Assembly: GCA_963827985.1 (NCBI GenBank)
Contig: CAWHDI010000040.1
Span: forward strand, 16,682-80,681
Length of the DNA: 64,000 nucleotides
From: an uncultured Chloroflexia bacterium
GTDB lineage: Bacteria > Chloroflexota > Dehalococcoidia > GIF9 > UBA5629
Direction of reading: 5' to 3'
This document shows positions 51,840 to 61,993 of the stretch, one piece after another. Position numbers and translations under genes: made by a program. Under the pieces are notes generated by a model. The model saw only the letters and a list, made by a program, of their open reading frames with translations. It made no database searches and was not told the DNA's origin. Every line of letters starts with the position of its first letter. The stretch's first letter is position 1.

Positions 51840-53164
51840 TTAATATCCCAGCCGTTTCATCCTTGATTCCATCTTCTTCTTTTTGTCGGCATTGGTTGAA
51901 CTGGGCCTGGGAGCCTGGACGGCATCCGATTGGTCGGTGGACAGTTCACTGGAAGCTGTGCCTTTCACCAGCATTTCTGAAGTTCTGCCGGAGATAGGTC
52001 TCAAATTAGGGTTGAATGCTTCAGGTCCGTATAGCCTGTTCCACATGTCCATTTTATCTGTATCAAACTTCTTGCCCTGCAGGCCCGGGTAGTCGGGATC
52101 AAAGCGATGGCAGCGGAATGTGCAGTTACTCAGACCATAAGGTGAAAGGGTGTCCCTGTGATTGTAAAAAGGCACTATGTATTCCCAGACGATTTCGCCG
52201 GTGGGGTTTACTTCGAGGAAACGCCCCATACCGCCTTCGCAGATCAGGGTGTTGCCGTTGGGCTGCCTTTCAGCGCCGCCGATATAGGTTGTAACGAAAT
52301 CTACCGGGTTCTCCGGCCTGTATTCCCACTCAACTTCATTGGTTTTGGGGTTTACTTCGAGAACACGGCTGCCCTCCGGTGGGAAATAATCGACGTTGTA
52401 CCTGTTGTTATTAAGCACAAGAATGTTGCCATTGTCGAGCATTGTCGGGTTGTGCGGCATGGAAAGGAAACCCTTGCCCCAGCGCCACTTAATATCGCCG
52501 GAATTTCTGTCGACGATAAAGAGGTTATCGCAGCCGAAGGAGCAGATCATCAGGTCGCCATTGGGCAGTTCTTCCAGTGAATTGAGCCCTACCCAGGCCA
52601 GCCTCATCTGCAGCGGTGCGAAACAATCAAGTTCGTAATCAAAATGCTTGTAACCTATCCACTCCCAGGCTATTTTACCTTGTGGAGTGATCTCCTGTAT
52701 TACGTTGCCGTGCAACGGTAAATCTGCTCCAGAATACTCTTGGGCGAAATCCCGCCCTGCACTTTGGCAGCCACATCTTCAGGTAAGGGTACATATTTCA
52801 TAATCATGGTATTGCCGTTCTTAAGGCGTACGCGGTCATGGGCATCCATGTTATCCTGATCATATTTCCAAACAACTTTGCCATCCCAGTCAATCTCGAC
52901 GACGCTTTTGCATACCGTCGGTACTGATGATGGCGGGGCGCCCACGTCTTCAATGCCGCAAAGTATGTTGCCGCTGGGAAGCAGGTCGGCGTGCAGTCGA
53001 ACCCATCCCGGCAGCTTCCAGCGGTGTACGAAACGGCCCTGCATATCGATTAGCCAGGCGCTGCCCGGGACCTGTGTCATGGGGCTGAACATGGTGAAGC
53101 CGTTATACGCTTTGTGCGGCTGATATTCGGTGACAGATTGCAATGCTCTTCTTGCTGGTGACAT
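51840..53164 (-). CDS. Arylsulfotransferase (ASST)-like beta-propeller protein, one frameshift near 52705
   Basis: ORFs 52700-53164 (N-terminal) and 51840-52715 (C-terminal) carry repeated blades (GNILVLNNNRY..., NGNTLICEGG...) resembling ASST/aryl-sulfate sulfotransferase propellers. Confidence 0.55.
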
Positions 53165-53363
53165 ATGTATTTACCTCCTCTCAGTGTGAGAAATAGTTAT
53201 ACTTGCCGGATTTAAATCTATTACTTTGAATAAGGATTAGCAATACTCAGGCCGTAGTATTTTCGCAAACGGTTATGGAGTTGACGGGTGGTATTATGAA
53301 TGTGGGGGCCGGCTTCCGCGATACTAATTCAACTACTATCGCAGTAGTAGGGTGGGGATTAGG

Positions 53364-53993
53364 TCAGTAGTGGGCTATCAGCCATGCCGCCGCTTCGCCG
53401 CGCGTGTGCAGGCACACCTTTTTCATGACGTTGCGCATGTGTACTTTGACCGTGTTCTCAGATATTGACAGGGCCGCCGCTATATCCTTATTAACATTGC
53501 CTTTACCGACCAGTGAAAGCACCTCCCTTTCCCTGTTTGTCAGCAATGGCACACGGACATGTACCTTTTTCTGCAGCCCGTCAAAAGCATTCAATACGTT
53601 ATTTGCCATTTGGGGTGAAACCACCAGGTCGCCATCGGCAATTAATGTAATGGCTTTTATCAGGTTGTCAACACTGGTGTCCCGGGTGATGTATCCCGAT
53701 GCTTCATGATAAATAATTGTGCCCAGGTCCCTTTGCTCATTAGGCCATCCGAACATGAGTATTTTTACATCGGGCGTATCACGATGAATGAGTGGTATTG
53801 CCTCATTGTACGGGCAAGCCCGTATTTCAGAATCGAGTAGTATGACGTCCGGCTTTTCACGCTGGGCTATTTTAATCAGCTCAAATCCTGTGCTGCACAC
53901 CCCTGCCACATGTATCTCTGCATCAGCTTCCAGCAATTTTGGCAGGCTTTTACAGATGATATCCATGGTGTCTGCAACAATTAGTTTTATCAC
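53364..53993 (-). CDS. LuxR/NarL-family response regulator with atypical receiver
   Basis: The receiver has the phospho-acceptor region DVILLDSEI, but the acidic pocket is IVADTMD rather than DD. C-terminal LuxR HTH (REREVLSLVGKGNVNKDIAAALSISENTVKVHMRNVMKKV). No cognate kinase adjacent. Confidence 0.8.
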   Translation of the reverse strand: MIKLIVADTMDIICKSLPKLLEADAEIHVAGVCSTGFELIKIAQREKPDVILLDSEIRACPYNEAIPLIHRDTPDVKILMFGWPNEQRDLGTIIYHEASGYITRDTSVDNLIKAITLIADGDLVVSPQMANNVLNAFDGLQKKVHVRVPLLTNREREVLSLVGKGNVNKDIAAALSISENTVKVHMRNVMKKVCLHTRGEAAAWLIAHY

Positions 53994-54177
53994 AGCAACT
54001 CCCGATTTTCTGAGGCCGCACGTATAAAAAGGCCGTAATAATACCAGGGTATTAGCCGCACAAACACTATATCAAGCAATATTCATAATATCAAGGTTCA
54101 GCATCAGACTTCGAAGTATTATCAAAATATAACCCTTCGTTGGTATTGCCAACTGCCGGAATTAGGACTAGATTAAG

Positions 54178-55497
54178 TTGATTTATGCAGCGAAGGGGGT
54201 AATCCACCTGATGCAAGAGAAAGAGAGATACAAGGTCGGCGGAAGGGGAGCTGTATTTGTACTTATTATCCTTTTCCTGCTCTATGTCCTGAACTTCGCT
54301 GATAGGGCCATAATGTCAATAGTGCTTGAGCCTATGAAGAAGGCCCTGCAATTGAACGACGCACAGGTTGGGGCCACGCAATCCATTTTCCTTCTTGGAG
54401 TGGGCCTGCTGATGATACCCGGCTCAATTCTTGTGGAAAGATGGAGCCGCCGCAAGACGCTGGGGGTCATGGCCATTATCTGGAGTCTGGCTACCTTTGC
54501 CACCGGCCTTGGCACAAAATTCTGGCACCTGATGACAGCCCGTTTCACGGTTGGCATTGGGGAAGCGGGCTATAACCCCGGTGGCACAGCCTGGTTGTCC
54601 CTGGCCTTTTCGAAGAAAGTAAGAGGAAGGATACTGGGCATTTTCCAGTCGGCAGGCCAGTTGGGAACGGCTTTAGGGCTTATGATTGGGGGGTTGCTTG
54701 TGACGCAGACCGGCGATTGGCGGGTTCCTTTTTATGTTTTTGCCATACCGGGTGTCATATTAGGCATTCTAACCTTCTTCCTTCCGGACTATGCAACGAT
54801 ACGTGAAAAAGGCGAAGGTGTAATTAACAGGAAATTTTTTTCCGAGGTATTCAGTCTTTTTAAAATTAAGACATATACTCTCAACGTGATAGCCCAGTCC
54901 TTCTATGCCTTTGTCACTTTTACCTTGATCGGGTGGCTGCCTGCCTTGCTCATGAGATCGTTTGGTATAGATGCATTCCAGGCGGGAATGATCAATGGGT
55001 TGACCGGGTTGATAGTCATAATAAGTGCGCCTCTGGGTGGTTTTCTGGGTGACAGGTGGCAGAGGAAGAAAGCAGGTGGCAGGGCCTATTTCCTGGTAGT
55101 TGCCATGCTGCTTTATTCAATTACCGGCATCCTGATGATTGTTTCAACCGGTGGCCTGCTGCCAATATACATTGTGATGGCGCTGGTAACCGCATTTTGC
55201 TCAGGGTTGGTATTGCCGGGCTTGTTCGCCCTGTGGACCGACGTATTGCCGGCCAAACACCGTACCACCGGCATCGGTATGGGTACTATGATTTCACTAA
55301 TTATAGGTGCCGTTCCGGGTCCCTTGTTTCTCGGCTCGGTTTCAGATGCGTTTGGCGGTGGTGCTTCCGGCTTGAGAGAGGCATTTCTGTGCTTGATGCC
55401 CATGGCATTCGTAGCAACAATAATGTACTTTTTCATGTCCAGGTATTATCCTGCAGACAGTGCCAATATCAGCGACGAAGTATTTGCAGAAAAATGA
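54178..55497 (+). CDS. MFS transporter (paralog of 8519-9820)
   Basis: 439 aa, 12 TM. Conserved DRAIMSIVLEPMKKAL and GIGEAGY motifs shared with the two other copies. Confidence 0.85.
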   Translation: MIYAAKGVIHLMQEKERYKVGGRGAVFVLIILFLLYVLNFADRAIMSIVLEPMKKALQLNDAQVGATQSIFLLGVGLLMIPGSILVERWSRRKTLGVMAIIWSLATFATGLGTKFWHLMTARFTVGIGEAGYNPGGTAWLSLAFSKKVRGRILGIFQSAGQLGTALGLMIGGLLVTQTGDWRVPFYVFAIPGVILGILTFFLPDYATIREKGEGVINRKFFSEVFSLFKIKTYTLNVIAQSFYAFVTFTLIGWLPALLMRSFGIDAFQAGMINGLTGLIVIISAPLGGFLGDRWQRKKAGGRAYFLVVAMLLYSITGILMIVSTGGLLPIYIVMALVTAFCSGLVLPGLFALWTDVLPAKHRTTGIGMGTMISLIIGAVPGPLFLGSVSDAFGGGASGLREAFLCLMPMAFVATIMYFFMSRYYPADSANISDEVFAEK

Positions 55498-55562
55498 CCT
55501 TGATCGCGGATATTTGTCACACGGTCTGAACATAGTGCGCTCGGACCCGTGGCAGATTCGTT

Positions 55563-55820
55563 TCAGCGGTAAATGTCTTTACGTTGAGCGACCGCTACTA
55601 TCCAGACCGTAAGTTCATTATCCTGGATTGAATATACCATCCGGTAGCGTCCTTGCCTGATGCGATATCTTTCTTGTCCGGTCAACTTTTCACAGCCCGG
55701 TGGGCGGGGATCGCTGGATAGTGACTTAATTCGCTGGAGAATCTTCTTGATATCTTTTTGAGGAATTACTCTGAAGTCCTTTTCAACCGAACTTTTGAAA
55801 TAGACTTTATATTCGCCCAT
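55563..55820 (-). CDS. RelE/ParE-family type II toxin
   Basis: 85 aa, basic, RelE/StbE-like fold pattern (...RYRIRQGRYRMVYSIQDNELTVWIVAVAQRKDIY). Overlaps the upstream antitoxin gene by 14 nt. Confidence 0.8.
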   Translation of the reverse strand: MGEYKVYFKSSVEKDFRVIPQKDIKKILQRIKSLSSDPRPPGCEKLTGQERYRIRQGRYRMVYSIQDNELTVWIVAVAQRKDIYR

Positions 55821-56040
55821 CTTTTTTTAGCCTTTTGACCATTTCGTCGTAGCTGATCAGGGGTTCTTTCTCACGCACTTCAAAAGCCGTAATATCCGCA
55901 GCATCTTCTGCCAGTGCCTCTCGGACCGCATCGTTTACAAGGTCCGATAGCGATCGCGAGATGGAAACGGCCTTCAACCGAAGAGCCCTGTGCAAATCGG
56001 GATCCAGATATATAGTGGTACGTTTGCTTTGTTTATCCAT
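55807..56040 (-). CDS. Ribbon-helix-helix (CopG/ParD-like) antitoxin
   Basis: 77 aa. N-terminal RHH (TTIYLDPDLHRALRLKAVSISRSLSDLVNDAVREAL), encoded immediately upstream of the toxin. Confidence 0.75.
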   Translation of the reverse strand: MDKQSKRTTIYLDPDLHRALRLKAVSISRSLSDLVNDAVREALAEDAADITAFEVREKEPLISYDEMVKRLKKDGRI

Positions 56041-56222
56041 AATAGCATTCCCCCATGTTGGCTAATCCATAACATAGTAGCATCATAGCGTCAAAACGTC
56101 TAGATGTCTTAATGCGTACCCATGCAGTCGTGTTGCCTGGAGTGTTTATCGCAGTATTCCCATCATCGTGATACAATCTTGAGATTCTGATACTTGGTGC
56201 TGAAAGGATATCAACTGAACCC

Positions 56223-57370
56223 GTGATAGATACGCAATCTCCCGCGGAAACGAAGGCAGCTTCGCGCCTGCTCTTCGTCGACAACTGGCGTCTGGCGCTG
56301 ATTATCCTCGTGGTCGTGCACCACGTGGCCCTTGTCTACGGGGCGGGTTCGCCATTCTACTACATGGAGCCTCCGTACCAGGACCCCTGGGCCTTCCTGA
56401 CGCTGCTAATATTCGTGCTAGTCAACCAGTCCTGGTTTATGGGTGCCTTCTTTCTGATTTCTGGGTACTTCACACCACAGGCCTTCGACAATAAGGGAGC
56501 AGGCTCTTTCCTTAAGGACCGGTTGCTTCGTCTTGGCATTCCCCTGGTAATATTCATATTTGTTCTCAGCCCGGTCTCGTACATTGGCGTTTACAACATG
56601 CCCGCCAGTTTGGGCGGGATCACGGGACCGTTTGCCTGGGACCAATACCCCAAACTCCTCGGTCCGGGAATTCTCTGGTTCGTTGAAATGCTGCTAATCT
56701 TCGATTTTGGCTACGCTGCATGGCGCAAGCTGACAAAGAATCGCACCTCAAAGGTGCGGCCGGTACAGGGCCGCCCCGCTATTTGGCGATAGGCATCTTC
56801 ATCGTGGTACTGGCGCTGGCGAGCTATTTGCTGCGGATCGTGATGCCGATGGGAAAATCCACTCCTGTGCTTGGCTTTCCGACTCCCGGTTACATTCCTC
56901 AGTACCTGAGCTTATTTGTACTGGGTGTTGTCGCATATCGTCGCAACTGGTTCGAGACAATCCGCAACTCGATGGGCAACATGGGCCTGGCTGTAGCGGC
57001 GGGGGCGACAATCCTGCTGTTTCCGCTTGCAACCGGCGGCAAATTGTATTTTCTCGGCAATGGGACCTGGCAATCCGCCGTCTACGCGCTCTGGGATTCG
57101 ACCGTTGCGGTTGGGATGTGCCTGGGTCTGATCACGGTGTTTAGACGTTTATTCAACCGGCAGGGAGGGCTCGCCGCTTTCCTTTGCCGGCATGCCTATA
57201 CCGTATTCATTATCCATACCCCGGTTCTCGTTTTCCTTGCGCTGGCGCTGCGGGGAATCGATCTTGAGCACCTGCTTAAGTTCCTTCTCGTATCAATCAT
57301 CGCGGTCCCGCTTTGCTTTGCTGTTGCCTGGCTGGTACGAAAGATCCCGTTCGCATCGCGGATTCTCTAA
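56223..57370 (+). CDS. Acyltransferase-3 family membrane O-acyltransferase, one frameshift near 56750
   Basis: ORFs 56223-56792 and 56720-57370 together give a ~10-TM Acyl_transf_3 protein (LLFVDNWRLALIILVVVHHV...). Confidence 0.7.
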
Positions 57371-57403
57371 CCTGTGACAGTAATTTCATTTTGCGAGGTT
57401 GAC

Positions 57404-58199
57404 ATGAAAAACAAGCTGTCCAAATCTGCATTGATCACCGGTGCATCGTCGGGCATCGGTGAAGCCTATGCGCGGCTGTTGGCTTCGCTGGGCTACGATC
57501 TTGTTATTGTTGCCAGGCGCAAAGATCGGCTCGTGTCCATTGCTGAAGAGTTGCGGGTAAAATACGGCATATCAGTGACCGTGCTGGAGGGTGATCTCTG
57601 CAATGAAGATGACCTCGTCTCAATCGAAGAACAAGTCCGTGGTATCTCCAATCTCACGGTTCTCATCAACAATGCCGGCTTCGGTACTCTTGGCCCGTTT
57701 GCCGATGTGGATATCAGCAAGTCTCTGGATATGATTGCTCGTGCACGTAACAGCGCCGACTCGTCTGGTTAAAGCCGCTCTGCCCGGCATGCTTGCCCGG
57801 CATGAGGGCAGTGTAATCAACGTGGCTTCGGTGGCGCCCTTCTTGCCTGTGGCAGGTAACGTGATCTACAACGGAACGAAGTCCTATTTAATTGCATTCT
57901 CTGAGTGCCTTCAGTTGGAAGTGAAGGGTGCCGGCATCAGGGTGCAGGCGCTTTGCCCCGGATTTACCCGCACCGGTTTTCACTCGGTTGACGAATTTAA
58001 AGACGTCGATTTTTCTACCATCCCTGCTTTCATGTGGATGCAGGCAGATAAGGTAGTGGAGCAATCCTGGCGGGCCTTGGGAAAGAAGGTTATCTTCATT
58101 CCCGGCTTTATTAACCGCATGACCTGTACGCTCTTTAGCGGATTATTTAGATACGTCGCAAGCAAAAGACCTGTTAGGCCCGCGGTTCAGAAAAAATAG
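57404..58199 (+). CDS. SDR-family short-chain dehydrogenase, one frameshift near 57740
   Basis: TGASSGIGEAYA (Rossmann), NNAG, then catalytic YNGTKSY in ORF 57735-58199. Confidence 0.75.
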
Positions 58200-58278
58200 T
58201 AGCTCGATATTGAAAGGACACTATCCCGCTGCCCTGGATTTCATGCTTTCGGAACAATGCCTTTCTTCTGCTCCATAT

Positions 58279-59250
58279 TTACTGGTCGGCCTTTAGCGTC
58301 CCTTCAGAGAGGGCTTTTTTGAATATTTTGATGGATTCGCCGACACCCCGGGCAAGCGGCGTAACCCGAAGTGCTCCCAGCAATGCGATAAGGGGCGCAT
58401 TATCAATCTGCTCCGGGAATGGAAGCGGTTTATCATCGTAGGTAATGGTCCCCCTGGCAGATGGTTCAGCGGCCTCGATCTCCCTGATAATATCGTCCAC
58501 GCCAACTGTCTCGCCTCCCAGGTTAAAGACTTCGGCTCCCTTAAAGTCCACCCGGGCGGCGTCAATGTAAGCCTTGGCTGCGTCATCCGCGTACTGGAAG
58601 CCAAATCGGCCTCCGTAAGAGATGTTATAGGGCTTTCCCGCTGCCGCAGCGAGCATGGCCTTGGTGGGAGTTGACGTAAGGCCCTGGTCCCTGCCGGGGC
58701 CGTAGACTACATAAGGACGTATCCCAATACTTGAAATACCGTTATCCAGCCAGTAAACCCGCGCCGTTCCTTCATTTGCCTGCTTATAAACACCGTAGTG
58801 CGAACGCGGTTTTAGAGGCGCATCGTGCGTCAGTATCCCGGCTGGATATTCGCTTCCCAGGCCGTAAACGGCCGTGCTGCTGGCATAAACCACACTGCGG
58901 ATGCCGCACCGTCCGGCTGCCTCGAATATATTTACCGTTCCCTGGACGTTCACTGCGGCGCCCAGCGGCGGATCGGCTTTGCAGAAAGGGAGCTGCATGG
59001 CGGCCAGGTGTATGATGTGCGTAATTTTGTTCTCGGACAGGGCGTGTTCTATGGCTTTTATGTCGGTGATGTCGCCCGTGATGAATTTAACACCGGATAT
59101 TTCCTTCTCGCTCATGATCAATTTCAGGCGGTGCATCGATCCTCCCCTGACCAGTGCGCATGTAAATACACCTTCACGCACGAGATTGCGCACCACCCAG
59201 GCCCCGATGCAGCCGGTTGCTCCCGTGACCAGGAAACGTTCCCATTTCCA
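58279..59250 (-). CDS. NAD-dependent epimerase/dehydratase (extended SDR), N-terminal frameshift
   Basis: Body in ORF 58279-59196 (YASSTAVYG, YGVYKQANE). The Rossmann N-terminus FLVTGATGCIGAWVVRNL lies just upstream with no start codon in frame. One G fewer in the GGG run after ATG (about 59255) gives MERFLVTGATGCIGAW. Confidence 0.75.
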   Translation of the reverse strand, partial: WKWERFLVTGATGCIGAWVVRNLVREGVFTCALVRGGSMHRLKLIMSEKEISGVKFITGDITDIKAIEHALSENKITHIIHLAAMQLPFCKADPPLGAAVNVQGTVNIFEAAGRCGIRSVVYASSTAVYGLGSEYPAGILTHDAPLKPRSHYGVYKQANEGTARVYWLDNGISSIGIRPYVVYGPGRDQGLTSTPTKAMLAAAAGKPYNISYGGRFGFQYADDAAKAYIDAARVDFKGAEVFNLGGETVGVDDIIREIEAAEPSARGTITYDDKPLPFPEQIDNAPLIALLGALRVTPLARGVGESIKIFKKALSEGTLKADQ

Positions 59251-60030
59251 TTCCTCCGGCTATTCACCCATCCGCAATCGACCAGAAGGTCGGTGCCGGT
59301 GATGAACGACGCTGCATCGCTCGCCAGGAAATATATCGACTCGGCGATCTCGGATGGATCGGCCCAGCGTTTGAAGGCCTGCTCGGCCTCTCTCAGTTTC
59401 TTGACTTCTTCATAGGACTTCCCGGTTTTCGCCGATTCTATCTTTATATCGCTCCTGAGCATGGGCGTATCCACTGAGCCGGGACTTACCGAATTTACAC
59501 GTATGTTCCATGGGGCGAGCTCCCAGGCAAGCGCCCTGGTGAGCGCGATTATTGCTCCTTTCGTTGCGCCGTAAAGTGAATGATCGATTTGTCCCACATG
59601 GCCCGAGACCGAGCCCATGTTCACAATTGAGCCGCTCTTCTGTTTCTTCATTACGGGAATTACGTGTTTGCAAAAGAGGAAAATGCCCCCCAGGTTAACA
59701 TTTACAACGCGCTGGTATTCATCCCAGAGGATCTCATCCAGGGGGCGCACCAGCACGATCCCGGCGTTGTTATTCAGCACGTCGATACGGCCGTGCATCT
59801 GCATTATTTTTTCTATGGACGAGGCGACATCATTTTCGCTTCGCTACATCGCATTGCCAGAAGGCGCAATCTCCGCCTGCGGCATTAATCTCATTCTTGA
59901 CTTCATTGCCTCGATCTGAGATGTCCAGCATGACGACAGCGTATCCTTTGTGTGAAAACAATCGTGCAACAGCTTCGCCTATGCCGTTAGCGGCGCCCGT
60001 AACAACTGCAACATTCTTTGATGAATTCAT
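59124..60030 (-). CDS. SDR-family oxidoreductase (3-oxoacyl-ACP-reductase-like), frameshift near 59810; 3' end uncertain
   Basis: N-terminus in ORF 59830-60084 (VAVVTGAANGIGEAVA), body in ORF 59124-59804 (NNAGI, YGATKGA, VDCGW). The ORF-derived stop overlaps the next gene by ~130 nt, so the true end is probably nearer 59260. Confidence 0.7.
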
Positions 60031-60034
60031 CGTT

Positions 60035-60823
60035 TCACCTTCCGTCAAGTCCCAGTATTTTTCGTGCCTGCTGCACGCTGGCAACCGGCCTCCCCAGTGA
60101 GCGTGAGATCGATGCGATTTCGTCCACCAGTTCGTGTGTTTTTGCCTCCTTGCCTGACTTCAAATAGGGGTAATCCTCGGTCCCCACGCGCACGTGATCT
60201 CCCTGCAGGATGGCAGCCGTGAGTATCTTGATCTGGTCCTCATGCATGATACTGACCGCAACTGCGCAGCCCGGAGGAAGCAGCCTGCGGCGGTACAGGT
60301 ATTCCTCGATGGTGGGTGGTGACCATGTGCCTCCCGGCCAGCCGAAAAACATCGTGGTTATATAGGGAGGCTTGAGCAGCTTCTTACTAATTAGATAATT
60401 CAGGTTCCATATGGACCCTGCATGCCACACCTCGAACTCAGGCGCAACGTGGTATTTAGCGCAGAGCCTGGCGTATTTCTCAAGTTCCTGCTTCGAATGG
60501 AGCTTGAGGCAATCAACCTTGGCAAACGCTTCATCATGGTGGTTCAGTATTATTGAGAGCATGTCGGCTTTTTCCCTGTAGACGTCCATCCGCTCTTCAA
60601 TTTCCAGGCTGGACATGCCGCACTGGACTATGATGTCGCACGAGGAGCGCACGGCGCGGATGACCTCTATCCATTGCCCCTCGGCATGTGTGTGGAGTAC
60701 CGTGGCGCCCTTCTGCAGGCAGCGTTTAGCTTCCTGGGCTATCGCTGCCGGCGTCCGGGGATATTCCACGTCGGGCTTCAGCCAGCAAATATTGGGGGTC
60801 GCGACGATGATAAGTGGGTCCAT
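60035..60823 (-). CDS. BKACE-family (3-keto-5-aminohexanoate cleavage enzyme-like, DUF849) protein
   Basis: 262-aa TIM-barrel. MDPLIIVATPN...HTHAEG...GTEDYPYL pattern of the beta-keto acid cleavage enzyme family. Confidence 0.75.
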   Translation of the reverse strand: MDPLIIVATPNICWLKPDVEYPRTPAAIAQEAKRCLQKGATVLHTHAEGQWIEVIRAVRSSCDIIVQCGMSSLEIEERMDVYREKADMLSIILNHHDEAFAKVDCLKLHSKQELEKYARLCAKYHVAPEFEVWHAGSIWNLNYLISKKLLKPPYITTMFFGWPGGTWSPPTIEEYLYRRRLLPPGCAVAVSIMHEDQIKILTAAILQGDHVRVGTEDYPYLKSGKEAKTHELVDEIASISRSLGRPVASVQQARKILGLDGR

Positions 60824-60869
60824 TACATTCTCCTGGTATCAAAATTATCGTTTTCCGGCAGCCGCCGCA

Positions 60870-61993
60870 TCAAAGGCTGACTATATGCTTATCCAGCGAT
60901 GTGATCTTGCGGCATCCGGACTCGGTGACTACATAACAATCTTCTACACCGATAAGTATCTTTCCAAAGGACTCCCATGCTTCGATTTCAAACACCATAT
61001 TCTTTTCAAACGGGCGGTCCATCACCTGCAGCGGGCCGAAAAGGTGCTGCTCCTCGCATTCCAACCCGATGCTGTGCCCGATGGCAAAAGTCATCCCCTC
61101 AGTCTTCATGGTTTTATAGAATGCAGTAGCTTCCGCATTGAGTTCCTTGATATTCACCCCGGGCTTGACCTTCTTTTCGTAATACTCTTGCAGCACGATA
61201 AGACGGTCGATGATCTCCGCCGCCTCTTTTGGTACGGGACCTAAAACAACGTGGCGGTTTACGTCGGAAACATATCCCTTGTACACCGCGCCAAAATCAA
61301 AACGGGCGATATCACCCTTTTTTAACACTGTCCCGATGCCCGGGGCCTCAGGATCGGATTCTCCGATACTCAGCGTCAGGTGGTCCCATACCTCGGCGCC
61401 CTCCTCGATAATCGTTTTTCGCGCCAGCATGAGGAAATCGTTATCGGTCATGCCCTTTTTAGCCGCTTTGATACAGGCCGTGATGGCCTTCTCCGTAATC
61501 TGCGTGGCTTTTTCAATGCGCCGGATCTCCTCTTCGCTTTTGATTAATCGCATTTCCAGCAGGACTTCATCTGCCATTACAACTTCAGCTGGCGGGACTT
61601 TTCTGAGCAATATAGTCGAGCACGTATTTGGGAGCCAGGGATTCGACGCCGATCCGCTTGCCTTCCATTCCCCATTTCTTTATCTTGGCCATGATGGCCC
61701 GGACGGTCTCTTTCTGCCCGATAGTCCCCTTGTGATCGGCTATCCAGGAAAACTTATCCACGCTTTGAAACAGGTCCCAGTTAAACAGGGACGAGTCGCC
61801 GTCACGGTTGACCATCGCTACATTGGGATATTGATTGCCCAACGCGAATAAAATTGGATTCGGGCTGGCATGCAGAACGGGCATGCCGCTGGTATAAAAA
61901 ACATTGACGGGACTTGTAACGATCATCAGGTCGAGATTGTGTTTATTGAGCGTTTCCTGCATGCGTTTGCGGTCATAACCTATCGGTGTCATG
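60870..61993 (-). CDS. M24-family metallopeptidase (creatinase/Xaa-Pro aminopeptidase-like), frameshift near 61600
   Basis: Creatinase-N-like domain starts at MTPIGYDRKRMQETLNKHNLDLMIVTSP, with a perfect RBS GGAGGTG 6 nt upstream at about 62000. The pita-bread catalytic domain is in ORF 60870-61610 (DFGAVYKGYVSD, HSIGLECEE, EIEAWES). Confidence 0.7.

Noticed and set aside
58825-59415. 196-aa plus-strand ORF across the epimerase/SDR junction
   Set aside because: Antisense to two SDR-family genes with clear Rossmann motifs.
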